From positions 1,632,001-1,696,000 of the forward strand of contig OZ241889.1 of the NCBI GenBank assembly GCA_965203355.1: 64,000 nt of DNA. The letters run 5' to 3'. Below the pieces are notes generated by a model that was not told the DNA's origin, searched no databases, and saw only the letters and a list, made by a program, of their open reading frames with translations. The DNA comes from Candidatus Latescibacterota bacterium. GTDB taxonomy: Bacteria > Latescibacterota > UBA2968 > UBA8231. Both the position numbers and the translations under genes were made by a program. Shown here one piece after another: positions 57,025-64,000 of the stretch (the stretch's first letter is position 1; each line of letters opens with the position of its first letter).

Positions 57025-59403
57025 TTAGCGCAAACGAGCACCGAACCGCGCTTGGAGACGCTTGAGCATGGCAGAGATCGCCGCGTCGGCCTGAGCGTCC
57101 TGCAACGTCTGTTCGCGGTCGCGCAGACGAATGGCGAACGCGACGCTCTTGTGGCCTGCTTCTATTTGATCCCCTTGATAGAGGTCAAAAACCTCGATGG
57201 ATTCGACGAGGCGGGGCGCACCATCTCGCATGGTGGCGATAAGTTCGGCGGTTGCAGTGTCTGCGCGGACGACTATGGCCAAGTCGCGCTCGATCGGCGG
57301 AAACTTGGGAGGCGCGGTAAATGAGTGCTCCCGACCGTGCCAATGGCGTACCATCGCGGCAAGCGATGTTTCAAAAATATGTACTTGGCGCTCTAAATCA
57401 AATGCCGCGCATAAGTCGGCCGAAGCTTGGCCCAGCCAGCCGAGAGGCTGGCCACCAAGAGAAACATAGGCCGCGTGTCCCGAGCGGCATTCAGAGCGGT
57501 CAGCGGGCGTAAAGCGCAAATCCCCCTCGCCCACCAGTGCTTCGAGTAAGCCCTTGAGGTCGAAAAAGTCGGCCTCGCGGGCATCGGCCTGATAGGGAGA
57601 GGCTGAAACTCGGCCGGACCACAGAGCGGCGAGATGCCAGCTTTCCTCGGGCCTTGCGCCCTTTTCGGACGCGGCGACAAAGCACTTGCCCAGCTCGAAA
57701 ATGGCCACTCCTGCGGCCCGCTGGTTGAAGTTGCGACGCACGACGTCTAATAGGCTCGGCACCAAGGTGGTGCGCAAGGCGTCTTGGGTTTCGGTCGGCG
57801 GGTTGGCCAAGCGGACGGCCCGGCCGGCAGCACCGACTAATTCGAGCCAGCGGGATTCGACGATCGTATTGCTGACAACTTCGTCTAAACCCAAGCCCAA
57901 GAGCCGGTGCCGTGCGACCTGCCTAAAGGTGAATTCGGGGTTGCGCTGGGTGATCCAAGGGCCAGATGCCTCTTGGCGGCCCTCGATGCGGTCGAAGCCG
58001 TAGATGCGGCCAATTTCCTCGATGAGGTCGGCGGGCCGCGTTAGGTCGGGGCGGAAGCTCGGAGCCGTTACCACGAGGGGCTGGCCCGACTCGACTCGAC
58101 AGCCGAGGCGTTCGAGAATCTGAGTGATGGCAGCGGAGTCTAACTCCGTAGCCAAGAGCCGGTTGGTGCGCTCGACATCGAGTGGGATTTGGCGGCGTTG
58201 GCCGGGGCGAGGATACACGTCTAAAGGTGTTGGGGCGACCGCGCCGCCGGTCAGTTTGGCGATTAGGTGAGCGGCGCGGTCAATCGCCTGCACCGGAGCG
58301 TCCCAATCGGCACCGCGCTCAAAGCGCGTGGCTGCCTCAGTGAAAAGCCCTAGTCGAGACCGGGCCAGCCGCACTCGCGATGGTGCGAAATACGCGCTTT
58401 CGAGCAGGATATCCGTAGTATGCGCCGATACTTGGGAATGGGCCCCACCCATGATCCCGGCCAGTGCTTGGGGCCGCGTTCCATCGGCGATGACCAGCAT
58501 CTCTTCGTCGAGTTGGCACAGGGAGTCGTCGAGCATCTCCAAGGTTTCGCCGGCGCGCGCCCGTCGGACGACGATGCGCCGCTGGTCCAGTGCATGCAGG
58601 TCGAAGGCGTGCAGGGGATGCCCCAATTCCAGGAGCACGTAGTTAGTTATATCGACGATGTTGTTGATCGGGCGTTGCCCCACGGCTTGAAGTCGGCGCT
58701 GAAGCCACTCGGGCGCGGGCCCAACCTCGACGCCGCGCACGACGCGGCCGACGTAGCGCAGACAATCATCTGGTGCCTCGATGTCGATCCGCACGTCTTC
58801 TGCGGTGGCCGGTCCGCTTTCGGGTACCTGTGCGTTGGGAAAACGGAGTGGGTTGCCGGTGAGTGCGTGGACCTCGCGGGCAATGCCCAAGAGGCTCAGG
58901 CAGTCCGGGCGATTGGGCGTAACTTCGAAGTCGATGACCACGTCGCCGAGCCCGGTGGCCGCGGCAAAAGGGGTGCCAACCGAGAGGTCTCCGTTGAGCA
59001 CCACAATGCCGTCGTGGTTGTCGCCGAGCCCGAGTTCGTCTTCGGCACAGAGCATACCTTCGGATGCGACGCCGCGGATTTTGGCTTTTTTGATTTGCAT
59101 ACCGCCGGGCAGCGTGGTGCCGGGCAGGGCGACGGCGACGGTTTGCCCGGCCGCAACATTGGGTGCCCCGCAGACGATGGTGTTGACCCCAGTCCCCACA
59201 TCGACTCGGCAGACGGTCAAGCTATCGGCATTTTCGTGTGGGCAACAGGAATTGACGCGACCGATGACGACGCCTTCGTAGCGCGCCCCGAGATCCTCGG
59301 CGCCCTCAAACTCCAAGCCTGCCATGGTCAGGTGCTCGACTAGCTCGGGCCAATCCCAAGCGAAGTTCACGTATTCCTTGAGCCAGTTATAAGTAATTTT
59401 CAT
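57025..59403 (-). CDS. pheT: Phenylalanine-tRNA ligase beta subunit
   Basis: IVCGAPN, TPNRPDCLS, RFERG, DLIEEIGRIYG, RDLAIVV. Confidence 0.98.
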   Translation of the reverse strand: MKITYNWLKEYVNFAWDWPELVEHLTMAGLEFEGAEDLGARYEGVVIGRVNSCCPHENADSLTVCRVDVGTGVNTIVCGAPNVAAGQTVAVALPGTTLPGGMQIKKAKIRGVASEGMLCAEDELGLGDNHDGIVVLNGDLSVGTPFAAATGLGDVVIDFEVTPNRPDCLSLLGIAREVHALTGNPLRFPNAQVPESGPATAEDVRIDIEAPDDCLRYVGRVVRGVEVGPAPEWLQRRLQAVGQRPINNIVDITNYVLLELGHPLHAFDLHALDQRRIVVRRARAGETLEMLDDSLCQLDEEMLVIADGTRPQALAGIMGGAHSQVSAHTTDILLESAYFAPSRVRLARSRLGLFTEAATRFERGADWDAPVQAIDRAAHLIAKLTGGAVAPTPLDVYPRPGQRRQIPLDVERTNRLLATELDSAAITQILERLGCRVESGQPLVVTAPSFRPDLTRPADLIEEIGRIYGFDRIEGRQEASGPWITQRNPEFTFRQVARHRLLGLGLDEVVSNTIVESRWLELVGAAGRAVRLANPPTETQDALRTTLVPSLLDVVRRNFNQRAAGVAIFELGKCFVAASEKGARPEESWHLAALWSGRVSASPYQADAREADFFDLKGLLEALVGEGDLRFTPADRSECRSGHAAYVSLGGQPLGWLGQASADLCAAFDLERQVHIFETSLAAMVRHWHGREHSFTAPPKFPPIERDLAIVVRADTATAELIATMRDGAPRLVESIEVFDLYQGDQIEAGHKSVAFAIRLRDREQTLQDAQADAAISAMLKRLQARFGARLR

Positions 59404-59421
59404 AGGATGTTGCCGGAAACC

Positions 59422-60432
59422 TTAGAACTGGCGGATAAACCGCAAGTCGTTTTCGAGAAAGCGCCGCACATCGTCAATGCCGTGGCGGATCATAGCGATC
59501 CGCTCCAACCCCATGCCGAAGGCGAACCCCGTATATTCGTCTGAGTCGTAGCCCACTGCGGCAAAGACGGCCGGATCGACCATGCCAGCACCGGCGATTT
59601 CGATCCAACCCGTTCCCTTGCAAATAGAGCAGTCGGCGCGTTGTCCCTTGCAGGTGCAAGTAAAATCGTATTCCACACTGGGCTCGGTGAAGGGAAAGAA
59701 GTGAGGTCGAAAGCGCACTTGAGTCTCCGCGCCCATAAGCTGGCGTCCCATAGCCTCGACAGTACCCTTCAAATCGGCGAAAGAGACCCCGCGATCGACG
59801 TATAGGCCCTCGATCTGGTGGAAGGCGAAGTGGTGAGTTGCATCAACCGTTTCCTTGCGGTAGCAGCGACCGAGGGAAATGATCCGCACCGGGGGCGGTG
59901 TTTGCTCCATGACGCGAATCTGCACCGTGGAAGTGTGAGTGCGCATGAGGCCACCGCCCTCTAGATAGAAGGTGTCGTGCAGGTCGCGTGCGGGGTGGTC
60001 CGCCGGCGTGTTAAGGGCGTCGAAGTTGTGGTACTCGTCTTCGGCTTCTGGCCCGTCGGCCACGTCAAACCCCATGCCTTGGAAGATGCTGATTAGTTCG
60101 TCGGTTAGTTGAGACAGGGGGTGGGCACAGCCCAACAAAGGCCGTCGGCCCGGGAGTGTTACGTCGAGAGCAGAAGTCGCTTCAGCCAACTGCCGAAGGG
60201 CTAGGGCCTTGTCGTCCAACGCCCGCTGAATAGCTTGTTGAGCGCGACCGGTGGCCTCTCCCAGCGCGGGTCTTTCGGCCGCGGGCAGGTGGCCGATCTG
60301 CCGTGCGATCTGGCGCAAGCGGCTCTTGCGCCCGAGATGGTGAACTCGCAGTGCTTCCAGTGCCTTATCGTCTTGGGCCGCTTTGATTTCCGCTGCGGCC
60401 ACCGACGCCAATTGTCGCACTTCTTCTAACAT
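59422..60432 (-). CDS. pheS: Phenylalanine-tRNA ligase alpha subunit
   Basis: HPARDLHDTFY, RTHTS, FPFTEPS, GFAFGMGLER. Confidence 0.98.
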   Translation of the reverse strand: MLEEVRQLASVAAAEIKAAQDDKALEALRVHHLGRKSRLRQIARQIGHLPAAERPALGEATGRAQQAIQRALDDKALALRQLAEATSALDVTLPGRRPLLGCAHPLSQLTDELISIFQGMGFDVADGPEAEDEYHNFDALNTPADHPARDLHDTFYLEGGGLMRTHTSTVQIRVMEQTPPPVRIISLGRCYRKETVDATHHFAFHQIEGLYVDRGVSFADLKGTVEAMGRQLMGAETQVRFRPHFFPFTEPSVEYDFTCTCKGQRADCSICKGTGWIEIAGAGMVDPAVFAAVGYDSDEYTGFAFGMGLERIAMIRHGIDDVRRFLENDLRFIRQF

Positions 60433-60446
60433 ATAGACCTAACAGA

Positions 60447-60485
60447 ACAAAAAGGGCCCAGCGCAAATCGCCGGCCCCTTTTTGT
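60447..60485 (-). terminator. Rho-independent terminator between rplT and pheS
   Basis: AAAAAGGGGCCGGCG-ATTTG-CGCTGGGCCCTTTTTG. Confidence 0.8.
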
Positions 60486-60501
60486 CGGATGGATGTAAGT
60501 T

Positions 60502-60855
60502 TTAGACGTGGGGCCGAACTTGGTCGACTACCGCGGTAAAGGCGGCCGGATCGCGCACGGCTAGATCGGCCAACACCTTGCGGTTGATTGCAACGCCGGC
60601 TTGGTCCAGCCCGTGGACGAGTTGGCTATAAGACATGCCGTTGCGGCGGGCGGCGGCATTGATGCGGACAATCCAGAGGCGGCGGAAGTCCCGTTTGCGC
60701 TGACGCCGGTCGCGATAGGCATAGGCTTGAGCGCGGTCAACGGCTTCTCTAGCGGTGCGGAAGAGGCGGCTGCGCGCGCCCCAATAGCCCTTGGATTGTT
60801 TGAGTACCTTCTTTTTGCGCTTTTTAGTGGCTACGGCGTGATTTACCCGTGGCAT
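60502..60855 (-). CDS. rplT: 50S ribosomal protein L20
   Basis: [31 protein letters not shown]. Confidence 0.98.
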   Translation of the reverse strand: MPRVNHAVATKKRKKKVLKQSKGYWGARSRLFRTAREAVDRAQAYAYRDRRQRKRDFRRLWIVRINAAARRNGMSYSQLVHGLDQAGVAINRKVLADLAVRDPAAFTAVVDQVRPHV

Positions 60856-60878
60856 GGATTACTCTCCGTTAAACTCAC

Positions 60879-61076
60879 TTACTTGAGGTTCAGGGCGCGG
60901 CGCACATTAGCTAAGTCTGCGGACGAGACCGAACTGTTTTTGCGGAAAGCCCGTTTGCGCTTGGCCGAGCGACCACCCAAAAGGTGCGTGGCATAGGCGT
61001 TGCGCCGCTTTAGGTTGCCGGAACCGCGCTGCTTAATGCGCTTGAACGAGGATTTATGCGTCTTGATTTTGGGCAT
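60879..61076 (-). CDS. rpmI: 50S ribosomal protein L35
   Basis: MPKIKTHKSSFKR; upstream of rplT; AAGGGGG RBS. Confidence 0.95.
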   Translation of the reverse strand: MPKIKTHKSSFKRIKQRGSGNLKRRNAYATHLLGGRSAKRKRAFRKNSSVSSADLANVRRALNLK

Positions 61077-61114
61077 GATGCCCCCTTTTGGTCTTAACTT
61101 AGGCAAAAAGAACA

Positions 61115-61143
61115 AAAGTAGACCATCATACAGTGGCTGTCAA
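61115..61143 (-). promoter_or_regulatory. Sigma70-type promoter for rpmI-rplT
   Basis: TTGACA-17 nt-TACTTT on the minus strand. Confidence 0.75.
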
Positions 61144-61213
61144 GCAATAGCAGGCGGCGAATTTTGGCGGGGAAATCTAAATGCTGGAGCGCGGTCCGTA
61201 GCAGTGTAGGCGA

Positions 61214-61474
61214 TTAGGCGGCCTGCGATCTGCATTTTTCGATTTGTTCTCGTACTTGGGGACGGATAAAGATTGTATCGAGAGACAGCCTCGCAAGAGC
61301 ACGGCATAACACCTGCACCCGGGCGTCGGTATCGAGTTCGCGATTGACGATCAAGTAGGATCTACCGCCATAGCGGCAAAGCCCACCTTGACCTTCAAAG
61401 TCATCGTAGCGCACCTCAATGTCCAGTGCTGCGGCCAGGGTTTCAAGCTCCTGTAGGAGAGTGGTAGCATCCAT
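61214..61474 (-). CDS. Small hypothetical protein
   Basis: 86 aa; LE.LA..L.I.VRY..GGLC...IVN..L...FIRPQVRE. Confidence 0.7.
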   Translation of the reverse strand: MDATTLLQELETLAAALDIEVRYDDFEGQGGLCRYGGRSYLIVNRELDTDARVQVLCRALARLSLDTIFIRPQVREQIEKCRSQAA

Positions 61475-61593
61475 AAAAAAATAATAGAACCACAGGTCGC
61501 GGCTAAGCAAGGAAATTATTGGGAGTCGAATGGTGGATTGTTTATTATATGTCCCCAACTCAGAGTGCGTCCACAGCAAAGGAAAAACCAACT

Positions 61594-62445
61594 GTGCCTG
61601 CAAAATCCCAAGTATTGGTGACAAACGACGACGGTGCTGATTCTCCTCTTTTGGTGCCTTTGCTGCGGGAACTGTCCAAGTTGACCGAGCTATGCGTGGT
61701 CGTGCCGGCGGCGGAATGCAGTTGGACCAGCAAGAGCATGAGCCGCTTTGAGCCATTGGTGCTGGCCGAGATTGAGTGCGGTGGCTTTCCCGTCCAGACG
61801 CTGACCGGCAAGCCAGCCGACTGCGCCCATATCGGCATCCACAACCTCTGCCCCCAAAAACCGACGCTAGTTATTGCTGGCATCAATATGGGCGTCAATT
61901 CTGGTCTCGCTTTCACGCTGAGTTCCGGCACCATAGGGGCGGCTGTAGAGGGCTTTCTCGCCGGGGTGCCATCCGCCGCCTTTTCGCTGGAATTGCCCGA
62001 ACCTGCTTTTGCGCTCTGGCGGCGATGTCGGCAGCTCGATCCCGCGCTCAATGCGCTGGCGGCGGCGGCGGCGGCCGTCACGGCGGACATTGCCGCCGAG
62101 ATCCTGCGCGGGGGGTTGCCGGCTGGTGCCGACATGATCGCGGTGAACATGCCCGCTAGTACCAAGCGAGAATCCCCGAGGTGCTTGACGGGTTTGGCCA
62201 AGACGAGCTATGGGCCGCTATTCGCGCGGCGTGAAGACGAGCCGCACTTCGCATACCATAGCTGTCAGTTGCAGTTGGTTGGCGATGGAGCTAACAGCGA
62301 TGTGGAAGCCTTGGCGCGCGGCGCAGTCGCGATTACGCCACTCCGCTATGCGCTTGATGCCCCGATAAACTCGCTTGATCGCCAGCGCTTTGAGTGCGGC
62401 ATTTTCATACCTGAAAGCACTGGGAAGCAAGGTGGTCGTGGTTAA
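61594..62445 (+). CDS. surE: 5'/3'-nucleotidase SurE
   Basis: LVTNDDG, GKPADC, GINMGVN, SGTIGAA.EG, AITPL. Alternative start 61549. Confidence 0.9.
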   Translation: MPAKSQVLVTNDDGADSPLLVPLLRELSKLTELCVVVPAAECSWTSKSMSRFEPLVLAEIECGGFPVQTLTGKPADCAHIGIHNLCPQKPTLVIAGINMGVNSGLAFTLSSGTIGAAVEGFLAGVPSAAFSLELPEPAFALWRRCRQLDPALNALAAAAAAVTADIAAEILRGGLPAGADMIAVNMPASTKRESPRCLTGLAKTSYGPLFARREDEPHFAYHSCQLQLVGDGANSDVEALARGAVAITPLRYALDAPINSLDRQRFECGIFIPESTGKQGGRG

Positions 62446-63733
62446 GCGACTTCTCGCAAACGGCAGTTGTGTCGGCATCCTATTGTTCGCCGTGCGCACG
62501 TGGGGTGAGGGCGAGGTCCGCGTCGATTCCACCCACAGCGAGTCCTCGGCTCCGCTGCTGGAGTCGGCGACCCAGCAGACCGTGGAAGCCGTGCGCTGGC
62601 TGGCAAAGCGACGTCAGTTTACCCTGCGGGGCATTCCCTACGGCGTCACCGGCCTGCCGTTTGCTTATCTCAGCCCCAACACGGGTTGGAATTGGGGAGC
62701 GCACATCCACTGGGCCGACTACCGACGGCAGCCCTATCTCTACAAGCTGACGCTGCACGTCCAGCAGTCTTCTGAGGGTAAGGTAAAAAATCGCGTCCGG
62801 CTGAGAGTGCCCCGGATTTCGGGGACGGGTTTCGGCCTGGGACTGGAGTTGTTCCGCGAGCGCAATATACGGACGCGTTACTATGGGTTGGGCAACAATA
62901 GCGCATTCAATCGAGACTTCATCAAGCCTAATAGTGCTGATTTCAAGGATGAGAACTACTACTATTACATTCTAGAAAGAAACCCGCGGATCTTGGTGAG
63001 CCTTTTTCGCCAGCTATACGGTCCGTTATCCATGTCGGTCGGTTTTGGGCTAGAGCGCGTCGATGTGGACCAGCGGGGGACCCAGGCATTCTATCTAGAG
63101 CGCGGCACCCCAGATGGAGTGATAGATGGGTTTTCGGGGTTTATCAGTGCGACTCTCCAGTGGGATACGCGCGACGACGAAGTGGTGCCGCGGCGCGGTT
63201 TCTTTCAAGAGTGGTCGTACGAGTCGGCTCGCAACTCACTGTTGGCACTGTTTTTCGAGCCTATTGATTTCAGCCGCGTAACCCTGACCAATGCCTACTA
63301 CGTCCCGCTATCGCCTCGGTTGAATTTCTCGCACCGCCTCGTGCTAGAGGTGCTCAGTGGCGAAGTGCCTCTCTACGCTTATGGCGAAATAGGAGGCAGC
63401 CGCCGGGTCAAAGGGTTGGGTGGCAGCGGTTCGCTGCGCGGTTTCGACACCCAGCGGTTTACAGACGATGTGCGCTTTTTATCCAATATTGAATTGCGCT
63501 GCCAACTGTACGACATCTGGTTTTACGGACAGTACATAGAGTGGCAGGGGGTAACTTTTTTCGATGCGGGCCGAGTCTGGGCTGATTTGGATAAAATCGG
63601 GTGGTCGGGCATGCACATCAGCGGCGGCGCCGGGGCGCGCATGGTCTGGGACGCCGATCTGGTGATCCGCATCGGTACGGGCATCGCCGACGAGCAAATG
63701 GATGTCTGGCTGAGCCTAGGACACAACTTCTAG
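62438..63733 (+). CDS. Omp85 (BamA/TamA-like) barrel protein without obvious POTRA domains
   Basis: [37 protein letters not shown], ends LGHNF. Confidence 0.85.
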   Translation: MVKRLLANGSCVGILLFAVRTWGEGEVRVDSTHSESSAPLLESATQQTVEAVRWLAKRRQFTLRGIPYGVTGLPFAYLSPNTGWNWGAHIHWADYRRQPYLYKLTLHVQQSSEGKVKNRVRLRVPRISGTGFGLGLELFRERNIRTRYYGLGNNSAFNRDFIKPNSADFKDENYYYYILERNPRILVSLFRQLYGPLSMSVGFGLERVDVDQRGTQAFYLERGTPDGVIDGFSGFISATLQWDTRDDEVVPRRGFFQEWSYESARNSLLALFFEPIDFSRVTLTNAYYVPLSPRLNFSHRLVLEVLSGEVPLYAYGEIGGSRRVKGLGGSGSLRGFDTQRFTDDVRFLSNIELRCQLYDIWFYGQYIEWQGVTFFDAGRVWADLDKIGWSGMHISGGAGARMVWDADLVIRIGTGIADEQMDVWLSLGHNF

Positions 63734-64000
63734 CCGGGATCGGCAGTCTGCGGGGCCAACAAAGAGATCAAGCGCGCTAGTTCCGCCGCCATGCGGTCGC
63801 GCGGGACAATGCGGTCGATAAAGCCGTGTTCGAGGACGGTCTCGGCTAGTTGGAAGCCTTCGGGCAGGGGAGCGTCCGTGCCGAGGAACTGCTGGATGAC
63901 GGTTTGGCCCGCAAAGCCTATGCGCGCTTCGGGTTCGGCCAAAGCGATATCGCCGAGCATGGCAAAGCTGGCGGTGACGCCGCCATACGTTGGATCGGTG
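63730..64000 (-). CDS. accD: Acetyl-CoA carboxylase carboxyltransferase beta subunit, 3' part
   Basis: [42 protein letters not shown]. Confidence 0.93.
   Translation of the reverse strand, partial: TDPTYGGVTASFAMLGDIALAEPEARIGFAGQTVIQQFLGTDAPLPEGFQLAETVLEHGFIDRIVPRDRMAAELARLISLLAPQTADPG

Overview
A GC-rich bacterial chromosome segment. Gene content (PorZ-like propeller, CRTAC1/ASPIC protein, LptD-like protein, Omp85-type barrels, a C-terminal TTWGxLK motif) suggests an FCB-superphylum lineage such as Latescibacterota/Poribacteria-like; this is inference. 1-18 kb is accessory: partial PQQ dehydrogenase, NTF2-LamG fusion, CNT nucleoside transporter, msrP, heptamer-based repeats around a decayed aspartyl protease, HAD hydrolase, an RND efflux operon with a CRTAC1 protein, and an AT-richer two-gene islet (OB-fold-like protein plus frameshifted PIN/VapC nuclease). 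18-41 kb is a minus-strand housekeeping run (priA, rodZ, maf, dtd, lptD, rlmB, mutS, rpsA, cmk, rluB, scpBA, HNH, gcvH, accCB, efp, TPR-repeat protein) ending at tRNA-Lys(CTT). 41.3-50 kb holds gene remnants, sugar-related genes and a large peptidase-propeller-barrel protein. 50-61 kb is rpmI-rplT-pheST-zapB-zapA-rny-ymdB-xseAB-recN-pgsA, followed by surE, an Omp85-family gene and partial accD. Best candidates for something new: the OB-fold + PIN islet, an RNase Y with a degenerate HD site, and the TWG C-terminal motif. No CRISPR array, rRNA or transposase was seen. All calls come from motif recognition by eye, not database searches.
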